DNA from: Candidatus Rifleibacteriota bacterium
GTDB lineage: Bacteria; Muiribacteriota; Ozemobacteria; Ozemobacterales; Ozemobacteraceae
Length of the DNA: 64,000 nucleotides
NCBI GenBank assembly: GCA_015232575.1
Contig: JADFZL010000003.1
Span: forward strand, 128,001 to 192,000
Direction: 5' to 3'
Below the pieces are notes generated by a model. It was not told where the DNA came from, did not search any database, and saw nothing but the letters and a program-made list of their open reading frames with translations. A program made the position numbers and the translations under genes. Below, in pieces: positions 1 through 9,575 of the stretch (its first letter is position 1; each line of letters opens with the position of its first letter).

Positions 1-8
1 AAAAAAAA

Positions 9-1289
9 GTGGTTTCGGTTGACACCAAACAACAGGATTCAGTTGATGTTGAAGCAAGTCTGAAAAAAGTTTCTGCTGAATCTGAAATGGTATCAAAAAA
101 TCGAACCATCTCTTCAGATGAAAAGGTTGTCAAAGAACTTGATTCAATAGCGGATACCAGTATTGAGAATAAAGCTAAGACTGAAAATTCACAGAGCGAT
201 TTAGAAAAGAACCTGCAGAACCTTCAGAAAGAGAATTCGGCTGAAAGTAACTCTGATAAAATTAACCTTTCAGAATTGAAATTAAATTCGGCTGAAAATA
301 ATCGTAATGATAAACGTGATGAAAACGCTAAAACTGACGCAACTGGAAAACAAATATCAGAAGTGAATTCAGAGTCGTCTGATGAAAGTTCTTCCAAAAA
401 AATAACTTCAGAAGTCACTTTCAATGATGAATCAGGAAACCAGCAGCCTAAGTTAAGCAAAAGTGAAAGACACCAGGAAAAGGTTAGTTCAGAGCATTTG
501 AATCAGGTTAATTTGTCGGCAAATACAGATCAGGTGAAGGCGAATCAGACTTCTTCCGTTACATTGGGTTTATTTCAGGGCGAATTAGCAAATACCGAAA
601 GCGAAATTTCATCTGAACTGACTCAAAAAGAGAGTTCCTCTCAGGTAAAATCTGAAAAGAGCGCTATTGAAAACAGTCTGAAAAACACGAAGATTCAGTT
701 TGAAGGCAAGCCATCAGATTTGAAAAACGGTCCAAATAATCAAAATGAATCATCTAACGGTCAGGGAAACATGAATTCTCAAACTTCATCGCTGAATGCC
801 TTAGGTGCTAAGCCTTCTGAAGGTGGAGATACTGTAAGGTCAGCAATAATGAATCAGATGATTGAAAAAATTCAGATGGTTCAGGATCTGCAAAATGTGA
901 AAACTCTTACCGTTAATTTGCGTCCCGAAATACTTGGAAAAGTTGATATACACCTTACATCCAGAGATGGGATAGTAAATGCAAGAATAGTTGCAGAAAG
1001 TGCCATGGTTAAAGAGCACCTGGAAGCGTTGGTTCCTCAGATTAAAAACACTCTGACTGATCAGGGTATTAATCTTAACAATATATCGGTGGATGTTTTT
1101 GCAAAACCTTCCGATGGTCGAAATAAGGGAAGTTTTTCGAAAAATCCGAATAAGGAACCCAGGCTCAGCGGTATCGGCGGAACAAAATTGGCCAGAAATA
1201 TACTGAAAACAGATGAACTTGAAAGTGGCCAGGAAAATGAGCTTGAGAAAACGGGTCAGACTAAAAAAGGAATAGATTTAAAAATCTAG
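9..1289 (+). CDS. fliK: flagellar hook-length control protein FliK (likely 5'-truncated by window edge)
   Basis: C-terminal Flg_hook-like segment (LTVNLRPEILGKVDIHLTSRDGIVNARIVAESAMVKEHLEALVPQIK); S/N/E/K-rich low-complexity N-region; sits directly upstream of flgD-flgE. Confidence 0.6.
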   Translation: MVSVDTKQQDSVDVEASLKKVSAESEMVSKNRTISSDEKVVKELDSIADTSIENKAKTENSQSDLEKNLQNLQKENSAESNSDKINLSELKLNSAENNRNDKRDENAKTDATGKQISEVNSESSDESSSKKITSEVTFNDESGNQQPKLSKSERHQEKVSSEHLNQVNLSANTDQVKANQTSSVTLGLFQGELANTESEISSELTQKESSSQVKSEKSAIENSLKNTKIQFEGKPSDLKNGPNNQNESSNGQGNMNSQTSSLNALGAKPSEGGDTVRSAIMNQMIEKIQMVQDLQNVKTLTVNLRPEILGKVDIHLTSRDGIVNARIVAESAMVKEHLEALVPQIKNTLTDQGINLNNISVDVFAKPSDGRNKGSFSKNPNKEPRLSGIGGTKLARNILKTDELESGQENELEKTGQTKKGIDLKI

Positions 1290-1299
1290 GAGGTAAAAA

Positions 1300-1713
1300 A
1301 TGGCACTTGAGATTACTGATGTAAAACCCCTGGGAACTTCTGGAGTCAAAGGAACACCTAAGCGTGAGCTTGATCAGGATGCCTTTTTGACATTGCTTAC
1401 AAAGCAACTTCAGAATCAGGATCCGATGAAACCGATGGATAATATGGATTTTGTCGGACAGATGGCACAGCTCTCCTCGCTTGATCAGACAGCCAAATTG
1501 AATACAAATATGACCAAACTTCTTAATCAGTCAGCTTCCAGCTATAAACTTCAGGCGATGTCTCTGCTGGGCAAAGCGGTTGTAGCACAGCCGGCCGGAA
1601 GTCCTGATCCGATTTCGAACAAGGTCGATTCGGTGATGTTCGAAGATGGCGAAGCGATATTCCAGGTTGGTGGTCAAGATCTGAAACTCGATGAAATTGT
1701 TATGGTGAGCTGA
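1300..1713 (+). CDS. flgD: flagellar hook assembly/capping protein FlgD
   Basis: FLTLLTKQLQNQDPMKPMDNMDFVGQMAQLSSLDQ is the classic FlgD N-terminal signature; AGGAGGT Shine-Dalgarno 6 nt upstream. Confidence 0.85.
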   Translation: MALEITDVKPLGTSGVKGTPKRELDQDAFLTLLTKQLQNQDPMKPMDNMDFVGQMAQLSSLDQTAKLNTNMTKLLNQSASSYKLQAMSLLGKAVVAQPAGSPDPISNKVDSVMFEDGEAIFQVGGQDLKLDEIVMVS

Positions 1714-1798
1714 TTAAACAGTTTAGTTTACTTACGAAAGGACGGTGATCAAGAAAAACAGATATTTCGGATTATGAATAATTTACAGGAAAAAATGA

Positions 1799-2203
1799 AT
1801 GATTACACGCCAGCTTATAAACCAGATTTCCGGGCAGGGTATTGTTTCCCGGGGCGAAAACAAAACTAATAAGAGTGCAGTCAATGCTTTAAATGGACAG
1901 ATTTTCGGAAATATACTGCAGAAATCTCTGGTTTCAAATCGCAGCGGGTTAAATATCAGTGCTCATGCAGACAAACGAATCGCAGAACGAAACATGGATT
2001 TTTCCAGTGATGTTCAAAAAGTATTAAATGATGCAGTGAATGAACTTCAGGCAAAGGGGGCAAAAGAGTCGCTGATACTGACAAAAGGTGGTGCTTTTCT
2101 TGTTAATGTTCCATCCAGAACACTTATTACAGCAATTACACCCGATGAGATGCACGACAAAATTATTACTCAGATTGACAGTGTAAGTATTAAAACCCAG
2201 TAA
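1799..2203 (+). CDS. small flagellar operon protein (TIGR02530-like, between flgD and flgE)
   Basis: 134 aa; position between flgD and flgE as in Firmicutes/Thermotogae; motif ISAHADKRIAERNMDFS resembles the H-A-x-x-R-L-x-E-R-N-I segment of that family (recollection, not searched). Confidence 0.4.
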   Translation: MITRQLINQISGQGIVSRGENKTNKSAVNALNGQIFGNILQKSLVSNRSGLNISAHADKRIAERNMDFSSDVQKVLNDAVNELQAKGAKESLILTKGGAFLVNVPSRTLITAITPDEMHDKIITQIDSVSIKTQ

Positions 2204-2597
2204 GAGTGACTGAAAAAAATGTCAGATGGCGATTACTAAAAAGAAATATATGAGAATAAGGCAAACAAAAAGTCCAGTGATTTACAACTGAAAAGTTCTT
2301 TAAAAAGTTATTCCATAAGGAGCAGACTAAGGTTCAATAGTTTCTCAAAGCGGAGGCAGACGATATTAAGGGCCGGACCCATAGAAAAGGGGAAGCCTGG
2401 ATCACCCGAACGACAGACGGTGATCACCTTGAGCAACTTTTTTGAACCAAAAAAGTTACGCTTTCAGGGGGAAACACATGATGTGCTTTTCCCCCTGGGG
2501 GTTTTCCGCTCGACCTGGACAGGTTGAGCCGGCATACGGTTTAAGGGAATAAACCGGAAGCCTGAAGGCGACTATGCCGCAAGGACAGGGTATCAAT

Positions 2598-5432
2598 ATG
2601 ATGAGATCTCTTTTCACAGGTGTTTCAGGCCTTAAGCAGCACCAGATTCGAATGGATGTGCTTGGAAACAATATAGCAAACGTTAACACACTGGCATTTA
2701 AAAAAGGTCGAGCTTTGTTTCAGGATCTTATGTCACAGACAGTGAGACATTCACAGCAATCAATGGGAAATATCGGTGGAACGAATCCTCAACAGATAGG
2801 ACTTGGAGTAAGGCTTGGCGCAATCGACACCCTCATGGATCAGGGCGCAATTGAAGGAACTGGTAAAAGTACTGACCTTGCTATTGAAGGTAACGGCTTT
2901 TTCGTAATAAAAAACGGATATGGCACCTACTCGTATACCCGTGATGGAAACCTTTCAGTTAACCCGAACTATGATTTAGTTGGAAGTAATACTGGTTTTA
3001 AAATGCAGGGTTGGCTTGCAACTCAGGATCAGGCGACAGGTGAACTCTCAATCAAACAGAATGCTGTAAATCCTTATGATTTGAATCTTACCAAATATCT
3101 GAAAAAAATGGCTCATAAGACCACAAATATCTCTTATGCCTCAAATCTTGACAGCTCTTCTGCTGAACGCGATGTAAAAATGGGCATGGAAAAGTTGGTT
3201 TTCAAAGATACCACCGGGGAATTTCAGAATCTCCAGGTTAAATTCAAAAAAATCGATGCACAGCATTGGGTCTGGAGTGCCACTGACGATACTGAAGGAA
3301 ACGTGGCAAACGGAAGCATTACCACAGATGCCGAAGGCAAAGTTATTGATACAACCGTTGAACCGATGGGTATTGGTGCAACAGTAGGAAAGCCTTACTT
3401 TACTTACGATCCTGATGGAACACCACTTCCGGCAACAGCAACAACTCTCATGAACAGCATGGGAAACACGGGTGATGGTTTTGCATCTGGAATTCAGGTC
3501 GATGGAACTGAGATCAAAGATGAAACAATAAAAGTAGTTTTTGACGGTGGTGATGCTGATCACGCAAATTCGTACCGTGTTGTCGGTTCAGAACGTGGAT
3601 TCATTGGTTCTGGCGTCATAGCCGGATCTCCAGCTAAGGCTGATGGCGTGGGAAACAAGCAGTTGGTTCTTGCAAACTGGACACCGGCAGCAACAGCATT
3701 CGATGTAGTTTTTCAGCGGGAAAGATATTCTGGTGATACTACTCCAGAGAACATTACAGCTACAATTCAATTCAATGCAGGACAACTGGTTGATGGAGTT
3801 GCAGAGACTAACAAATCGTTTACAACTTCAGCAATTATTGACAGAATGAATACTTCTTTAAAAGACAATGGTATACCGGCAACTGCATATTACGACTCTG
3901 TTCTTGGACAAATTTCAATATCAACAAATGCAACCGGAAGTAACCGCACCCTTCAGGTCTTAAATAGATCAGGACAGATTTCTGACCTGGGATTTACCCA
4001 GGATATTACAACTCAGGGAACTGGCATCTCTGCACCTGAGGCATGGGCTGAACTTCCAAATGAATTGAGTTCAAACCCATTTATCAGTTTCAATCCAACG
4101 TTTTCCTTCACAATTACCGACAAAGATGGAAGATCAGCTGCAGTAACATTTGATGCATCTGTTGGCGGCGTTGTTCAGACATACAATAAGAGTGATGTTC
4201 TGTCAAAAATTAATACTGCTCTGAGAAGTAACGATGTCAAGATTTCTGCTGAATTAATTGATTCCAACAATGATACTGAACCAGATCGCCTTGTACTTGT
4301 TGGGACCGACAAAGGTGCCGGAGAAAAAATTATTATATCAGGCGATCAGGCTACATTGCTTGCAAAACTTGGATTCAGGCCTAACACTGCTGCTGGTACA
4401 ACATTCCAGGCATATACCGGAACTCCAGGCGTTGCATCATTCAGTCAGGGCGGAGTTGACTTTACATTAACAGAAGGCAGTATACCCTGGAAGCCAAATG
4501 ATTCAATGGAAATGACCACAACCGCACAGAAGGGACAGGCTGAATCGGTTAACGTTTATGTTCCGACAGTCGATCAGGACACTCTTAATTTCAAAACTAC
4601 TGTTAATACACCACTTGGCCCTGAAACATTCACTATTACTGGTGCTGTCGAAAGAGGGGCAATTCATGACACAAGTATCAGAGTTTTTGATACACTTGGA
4701 AACGATCATGAGCTGGTCACTTCCTGGGAACATACTAATACTGAAACTAAAGAATGGGCTTATAAAATCACCTATTCTGAAGATGATCCCGAAATTACTG
4801 CCTGGCTCAAAGATCCTGCAAATGGTGTTGTTGATCCCGAAGATCCGACTGCAGATGATCTTGAACGTGCAAATGATGCATTGATTACCGAACGAAAAGG
4901 TACAATTTATTTTGGTACAAACGGAAAGATAGATCTTGGAAAATCAAATATTCCTGATATCCAATTTACTCCAAAGGGAAGCGATAAAATAAGTGTTTCT
5001 CTTGATATGGCACTTGCTACCCAGTATAGTTCAGCCTTTACAACCGCTGCCAGAGAGCAGGATGGTTATGAAATGGGAATGCTTGAGTCTGTAAGTTTTG
5101 AATCAGACGGAACAATCAGAGGTATTTATTCAAACGGACAAAAGCATCCAATCGGAAGAGTCGCACTTGCAACCTTTCAGAATTCATCGGGACTTGAAAA
5201 AACCGGAAAAAATCTTTACAATTCCTCTCCCAACTCCGGAACTCCTCTTATTGGTCAGGCGGGCTCTGGCGAACGCGGAACAGTGGTTCCTTCATCTCTC
5301 GAAATGAGCAATGTCGATATCGCGGAAGAATTCACGAACCTTATCATTACCCAGAGAGCATTCCAGGCTAACTCCAGAATTATTACCACATCAGACGAAA
5401 TTCTCCAGGAACTTGTAAACCTGAAACGTTAA
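2598..5432 (+). CDS. flgE: flagellar hook protein FlgE, giant variant (~944 aa)
   Basis: N-term MMRSLFTGVSGLKQHQIRMDVLGNNIANVNT and C-term NVDIAEEFTNLIITQRAFQANSRIITTSDEILQELVNLKR are canonical FlgE/FlgG rod-hook termini; a ~500-aa central insertion; ORF track start 2574, but MMRS at 2598 fits the family. Confidence 0.85.
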   Translation: MMRSLFTGVSGLKQHQIRMDVLGNNIANVNTLAFKKGRALFQDLMSQTVRHSQQSMGNIGGTNPQQIGLGVRLGAIDTLMDQGAIEGTGKSTDLAIEGNGFFVIKNGYGTYSYTRDGNLSVNPNYDLVGSNTGFKMQGWLATQDQATGELSIKQNAVNPYDLNLTKYLKKMAHKTTNISYASNLDSSSAERDVKMGMEKLVFKDTTGEFQNLQVKFKKIDAQHWVWSATDDTEGNVANGSITTDAEGKVIDTTVEPMGIGATVGKPYFTYDPDGTPLPATATTLMNSMGNTGDGFASGIQVDGTEIKDETIKVVFDGGDADHANSYRVVGSERGFIGSGVIAGSPAKADGVGNKQLVLANWTPAATAFDVVFQRERYSGDTTPENITATIQFNAGQLVDGVAETNKSFTTSAIIDRMNTSLKDNGIPATAYYDSVLGQISISTNATGSNRTLQVLNRSGQISDLGFTQDITTQGTGISAPEAWAELPNELSSNPFISFNPTFSFTITDKDGRSAAVTFDASVGGVVQTYNKSDVLSKINTALRSNDVKISAELIDSNNDTEPDRLVLVGTDKGAGEKIIISGDQATLLAKLGFRPNTAAGTTFQAYTGTPGVASFSQGGVDFTLTEGSIPWKPNDSMEMTTTAQKGQAESVNVYVPTVDQDTLNFKTTVNTPLGPETFTITGAVERGAIHDTSIRVFDTLGNDHELVTSWEHTNTETKEWAYKITYSEDDPEITAWLKDPANGVVDPEDPTADDLERANDALITERKGTIYFGTNGKIDLGKSNIPDIQFTPKGSDKISVSLDMALATQYSSAFTTAAREQDGYEMGMLESVSFESDGTIRGIYSNGQKHPIGRVALATFQNSSGLEKTGKNLYNSSPNSGTPLIGQAGSGERGTVVPSSLEMSNVDIAEEFTNLIITQRAFQANSRIITTSDEILQELVNLKR

Positions 5433-5453
5433 TAGTTAATGGTATTTAAATAT

Positions 5454-5483
5454 AGAGCCAGACCATTACTTTGGTCTGGCTCT
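5454..5483 (+). promoter_or_regulatory. stem-loop (11-bp stem AGAGCCAGACC/GGTCTGGCTCT) between flgE and flbD; intra-operon attenuator or mRNA-stabilising hairpin
   Basis: perfect inverted repeat read directly; no T-run after it, so not a strong terminator. Confidence 0.4.
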
Positions 5484-5496
5484 GTGGCATAAAAAA

Positions 5497-5748
5497 ATGA
5501 TAAAAGTTACCAGATATAACGGAAGTCAAGTTTTCATAAACGCGGAATTGATTCAGTCAGTTGAAGCAATTCCAGATTCTCTTATTACTCTGATAAATGG
5601 AAAAACTCTTATGGTAAAGGAAAATCTTAAATCTGTTATCAGAAAGATTATCCGGTACAGAAAAAAAATTGCACACGTACCAGCTTACCCACCTTCGAAA
5701 TCACACATTGATAAGGTCGAAGAGGAGTGCATTCCCGAAAAAAAGTAG
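5497..5748 (+). CDS. flbD: flagellar protein FlbD
   Basis: MIKVTRYNGSQVFINAELIQSVEAIPDSLITLINGKTLMVKENLKSVIRKI matches the FlbD family (MIKLTRLNG..F.LN.DLIE.IE..PDTVITL.NG); follows flgE as in spirochete/Firmicute operons. Confidence 0.7.
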   Translation: MIKVTRYNGSQVFINAELIQSVEAIPDSLITLINGKTLMVKENLKSVIRKIIRYRKKIAHVPAYPPSKSHIDKVEEECIPEKK

Positions 5749-5931
5749 TTATTTGAATGTTCCAACTTTTTTGCTGTCGTGAAGATTTCTCACATTCGTT
5801 CGAGATGACATAGAATAGTCACTGGTGTGGATCAGTTTTTCTCTTTCTTTTTCCATCTCTTTTTTCTCAGAGTCTCCGCGTTTCAGCGTGAGGCTTCTCT
5901 TCTTTTCTTTCTCATCGAATGCCGTTAACAA
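5749..5931 (-). CDS. hypothetical small K/E-rich protein (60 aa), immediately downstream of the response regulator
   Basis: ORF only; highly charged low-complexity sequence; 6-nt gap to the upstream gene. Confidence 0.2.
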   Translation of the reverse strand: MLTAFDEKEKKRSLTLKRGDSEKKEMEKEREKLIHTSDYSMSSRTNVRNLHDSKKVGTFK

Positions 5932-5936
5932 GGTTT

Positions 5937-7466
5937 TCAGATCGGAAGTTTGTATTTTTCAATCTTTGTGCGTAGCGTATTTCTGGTAATACCAAGAAAA
6001 ATAGCTGTCTGCACCTGATTGTTTTTATTCATAGTAAGCGCCTGCATAAGCAATTCCCGTTCGATTATTCCCATAATTTTTTCGTGAGCTTCACCGGGTG
6101 ATTGCTGTAAAAGCACTTCCCTTACAAATGACGAAACCTGGTTCTGAATGGAATTCTGCACCGCAGTATTGCCTTCAGGGGCAGGACCAATCATTTTTGT
6201 GTGTTCATGTGTTGTAGGAGTTTCTTCTTTCTTTTCCTGGTCGAAATTTGAAATATTCGGTGATGGTTTTACGAAAAGAGAATGGTGAAAAACTCTTCGG
6301 GGGGAAGTTATTATTTCCGGCGGAAGATCTTCGGCCATTATCACCTGATCCCGGCTTAATGTATAAGCCTGATCAACAGAGTTCTTAAGCTCGCGGACGT
6401 TTCCGGGCCATGAATATGAAGACAGAAGTTTTATTGCTTCATCAGAAAGCTGTTTGGGCGGACCTTTTCGATTTCCAGACAGTTGTGCCATAAAGTAATT
6501 AGCAAGGACCGGTATATCTTCAACTCTGTTACGAAGAGGTGGCAATCTGATTTCTATTACTTTTATTCTGTGGAAAAGGTCGTCCCGGAATCTGTTTTCC
6601 TGAATATATTTGCGTAAATCTTTGTTTGTCGCTGCAATAATTCTGACATCAACTTTGATTTTGCGACTTCCACCGACCCTGACAATTTCTCTCTCTTCGA
6701 GTACTCTAAGAAGGTTTGCCTGCATTTCAAGGCTCATGTCACCAAGTTCATCTAAAAAAAGCGTTCCGCCCTGGGAAAGTTCGAATACGCCTGCTTTAGA
6801 ATTCTGTGCACCAGTAAAGGCACCCTTTTCATATCCAAAAAGCTCTGATTCCATGAGACTCTCAGCTACTGCTGTACAATTTATTGCCCAGAAAGGTTTC
6901 GATGACCGATTTGAATTATTGTGAATTGCCTGAGCAACAAGTTCTTTTCCTGAGCCAGATTCACCTGTTATCAGTACTGTAACGTCTTCAGCTGAAACTT
7001 TTCCGATGAGCTTGTAAACTTCCTGCATTGCCGGACTGTTTCCGATTAAACCGCCTGCTTTTAAAACGGCTGAAGGTTCAGTAAGCTCATTTCTTGTTGT
7101 ATTTCTTGCATGTAAACCTCTTGCAATAAGAGCAAGACAATCGTCTATATTAAAAGGCTTTGAGAGAAAATCATAAGCTCCAAATTTCATTGCAGTGACG
7201 GTTGTTTCCATATCGCTGTAGGCTGTCATCACAATTACTTGAGCATTTGGATCAATTTCACGGATTTTCTTAAGCACGGTAATGCCGTCCATTTCAGGCA
7301 TTCGAATATCCAGAAGTGTAATATCTGGCTTGAATGAAGAAAAAAGTGCCAGGCCTCTCAAGCCTGTCTCTGCAAGACCAACCTGATAACCGGCTCTCTG
7401 GAGTGCTCTCTCAAAAGCCCATCTTACGCTGTGTTCATCATCAATTACAAGTATCTTTGCGTTCAA
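5937..7466 (-). CDS. sigma-54-dependent response regulator (NtrC family: REC + AAA+ sigma-54 activator + Fis-type HTH)
   Basis: REC domain (VIDDEHSVR...DIRMPEMDG); Walker A GESGSGKE; GAFTGA sigma-54 contact motif; C-terminal HTH QTAIFLGITRNTLRTKIEKYKL; no cognate kinase adjacent. Confidence 0.9.
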   Translation of the reverse strand: MNAKILVIDDEHSVRWAFERALQRAGYQVGLAETGLRGLALFSSFKPDITLLDIRMPEMDGITVLKKIREIDPNAQVIVMTAYSDMETTVTAMKFGAYDFLSKPFNIDDCLALIARGLHARNTTRNELTEPSAVLKAGGLIGNSPAMQEVYKLIGKVSAEDVTVLITGESGSGKELVAQAIHNNSNRSSKPFWAINCTAVAESLMESELFGYEKGAFTGAQNSKAGVFELSQGGTLFLDELGDMSLEMQANLLRVLEEREIVRVGGSRKIKVDVRIIAATNKDLRKYIQENRFRDDLFHRIKVIEIRLPPLRNRVEDIPVLANYFMAQLSGNRKGPPKQLSDEAIKLLSSYSWPGNVRELKNSVDQAYTLSRDQVIMAEDLPPEIITSPRRVFHHSLFVKPSPNISNFDQEKKEETPTTHEHTKMIGPAPEGNTAVQNSIQNQVSSFVREVLLQQSPGEAHEKIMGIIERELLMQALTMNKNNQVQTAIFLGITRNTLRTKIEKYKLPI

Positions 7467-8458
7467 GAATTCTTTTCCTCCTGATCTTCTTCAAGTAAAT
7501 CATTTTTATCATCGCTCTCTTCGTTTGCCTCGAATTCGTCTTCTGAAAAGGACGTGCTTCCGCGGCGGTTAATATTATCAAGCGGGTCAAAAATTCTGTC
7601 ACCATATAGAAATATTATTTTGTAATCTGGCTGTTTTTTATTTATTTCCCGGATAATCATCTGCTTGACATCATCGACAGAGTATCTCAGAGAAAGGTGA
7701 AAAAGAAGAAGGTTTTTTACTCTTCCTTTTTGAGCTGTTTCCATAACTTCAGAAAGTATTGAATGCTGCTGAAAATTTCTTTCATCGTCGTCGGGGTGAA
7801 GATATGTGCTTTCATGGCAGAGAAGGAGACTGTCTTTGAACATGTTATGGTCTATCGGACGTGAATCTCCACCATACGTGAAAATTATCTGTTCAAAAGA
7901 TTCAGATACGTTGTCCTTGCCTGAACTCCATATTGCTTTATTTATTTCTTCCTGAGATTTTCCGACAAATTCTGCTTTCAATCTGCGTCTGAATTCGACT
8001 ATGTTATATCCCAGACTGAGCTGTTTATGAGAATGCATCGTTCGGAAAGTCTTGATAAAAGTCTTTCCACGCTTCTGGTCAAGTTCAATTTTTTCTTCAA
8101 CGTCAAGCGGTTTCCATTTCAAATTGAAAGAAAGTTCGCTCTGAGTAAGAGAAAGATAGTTCTGAACCCTTTCTATGAGAATATTGTTTTTTGGATAATA
8201 AATATCCAGGCCGGCCGTTTGGTCGCCAGCTCCGAGATTTCTTATGTTTACAAGGTTTACAAGTCCAGCTATGTGGTCAATATGTCCGTGTGATAAAAAT
8301 ATCTTTCTTATTCCAAATACCCTGTTAAGAAGGCTGGTAGCAACGCCTTCTCCAGCATCGAATAACAGATTGAAACGTCGAAGGTATATCCATGTAGAAA
8401 ACAGTGCCCGGGAAAACCCTTTAAAAGGTTCCTGCATTGGAAGAATTAATCGGCTCAT
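7463..8458 (-). CDS. metallo-beta-lactamase-fold hydrolase (RNase Z/ElaC-like) with acidic C-terminal tail
   Basis: HGHIDHIAGL (HxHxDH) motif; start corrected to the ATG overlapping the pilT stop (TGATG); its own stop overlaps the regulator start (ATGA); D/E-rich tail. Confidence 0.6.
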   Translation of the reverse strand: MSRLILPMQEPFKGFSRALFSTWIYLRRFNLLFDAGEGVATSLLNRVFGIRKIFLSHGHIDHIAGLVNLVNIRNLGAGDQTAGLDIYYPKNNILIERVQNYLSLTQSELSFNLKWKPLDVEEKIELDQKRGKTFIKTFRTMHSHKQLSLGYNIVEFRRRLKAEFVGKSQEEINKAIWSSGKDNVSESFEQIIFTYGGDSRPIDHNMFKDSLLLCHESTYLHPDDDERNFQQHSILSEVMETAQKGRVKNLLLFHLSLRYSVDDVKQMIIREINKKQPDYKIIFLYGDRIFDPLDNINRRGSTSFSEDEFEANEESDDKNDLLEEDQEEKNS

Positions 8459-9516
8459 CAGATTTCCTTGAAAGCAGTCGGATTTTTTACTTTGGATAGT
8501 GCAACATCGTAAGAGATTATTCCTTTTTGATATAAATCTTTGAGACATTTGTCCATTGATATCATTCCATGCTCTGAACCTGTTTGGATAAATGTATCAA
8601 TCTGACTCAGTTTGTTTTCTCTGATCAGCCTTCTTACTGCTGGTGTGGCAATCAGGATTTCATAAGCAAGAACACGACCTTTCTTCTCAACATTTGGAAG
8701 AAGTTGCTGACAGACAATTCCCTGAAGAGAACTTGCAAGCTGAACCCTTATCTGATCCTGTTGATGAGGCGGGAATACATCAACTATTCTGTCGATAGTC
8801 TGTTGGGAGTCATTTGTATGAAGAGTTGTAATTACAAGATGACCCGTTTCAGCAGCAGTTATTGCAGTAGAAATAGTCTCAAGATCGCGCATTTCTCCCA
8901 CTACAATGATATCGGGATCTTGTCTGAGAACATGTCTCAAAGCAATATTAAAACTGTGTGTATCTGAATAAACCTCCCGTTGAAGTATAACCGATTTCTT
9001 GTGCTGGTGCAAATATTCTATTGGGTCTTCGACAGTAATAATTCTGCAGCGCCGTTCCTGGTTGATCTGATCAACCATTGAATTAAGAGTCGTTGTTTTA
9101 CCCGAACCAGTCGGACCAGTGACAAGTACCAGACCGTTTGGCCTGCGAACAATTTCAAGAGCAGCTTCAGGCAGTCCGAGCTGAGTAATTGAAAGAACTT
9201 CTGGTGAGACAATTCTGAATGAAGCTTCGGTATAATTTCTTTCTTTAAATATGTTTACTCTGAATCGTCCAATTTCTTTGAGAGTAAATGAGAAGTCGAG
9301 TTCCCAGTCTTTTTCAAATTTTACTATCTGATCAGTATTTAATGCTGAGTAGACCAATGTCTGACAGGTTTCCTGATCAAGATTGTCGAAAGGCAGAGCA
9401 ATAATTTCGCCGTTAATTCTGGCCATTGGAGGTAATCCGACTGAAAGGTGCAGATCAGAAGCGTGTCGCTCCTGACAATGCTTTAATAATTTATCAAGAC
9501 TTAAAGTTAAAAACAT
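8458..9516 (-). CDS. pilT: type IV pilus retraction (twitching motility) ATPase PilT
   Basis: ASDLHLSVGLPP; Walker A GPTGSGKTTT; Walker B DIIVVGEMRD; His box TLHT; start taken at MFLTLSLDKLLK (internal Met of the longer ORF), with an AGGAAAAAG RBS upstream. Confidence 0.85.
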   Translation of the reverse strand: MFLTLSLDKLLKHCQERHASDLHLSVGLPPMARINGEIIALPFDNLDQETCQTLVYSALNTDQIVKFEKDWELDFSFTLKEIGRFRVNIFKERNYTEASFRIVSPEVLSITQLGLPEAALEIVRRPNGLVLVTGPTGSGKTTTLNSMVDQINQERRCRIITVEDPIEYLHQHKKSVILQREVYSDTHSFNIALRHVLRQDPDIIVVGEMRDLETISTAITAAETGHLVITTLHTNDSQQTIDRIVDVFPPHQQDQIRVQLASSLQGIVCQQLLPNVEKKGRVLAYEILIATPAVRRLIRENKLSQIDTFIQTGSEHGMISMDKCLKDLYQKGIISYDVALSKVKNPTAFKEI

Positions 9517-9575
9517 AATTATCTTTTTCCTGTATTTAAATTGAATAAGACTTATTTGAAAAAGCTTATTCGGTA

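Noticed and set aside
2525-2545. Sigma-54 promoter candidate CTGGACAGGTTGAGCC upstream of flgE
   Set aside because: The GG-to-GC spacing is one nucleotide short of the TGGCAC-N5-TTGC consensus, and the -12 element reads TTGA rather than TTGC. Too weak to call.
2204-2597. Known structured RNAs (tmRNA, SRP RNA, RNase P RNA, c-di-GMP-I riboswitch) in the flgE upstream region and in 47737-48324
   Set aside because: None of the hallmark conserved segments (tmRNA T-arm/CCA end, SRP GGAA tetraloop domain IV, RNase P P4 GGAAAGTCCGG / ACAGAANCCGGCTTA, GEMM tetraloop-receptor pattern) could be found by eye. Left as unexplained structure, not called.
3141-3563. Antisense ORFs inside flgE and other long genes (e.g. 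3141-3563, 4503-4733, 6610-6924, 13206-13553, 27804-28151, 39322-39798)
   Set aside because: They fully overlap high-confidence genes on the opposite strand and have no motifs, so they are spurious products of long open antisense frames.
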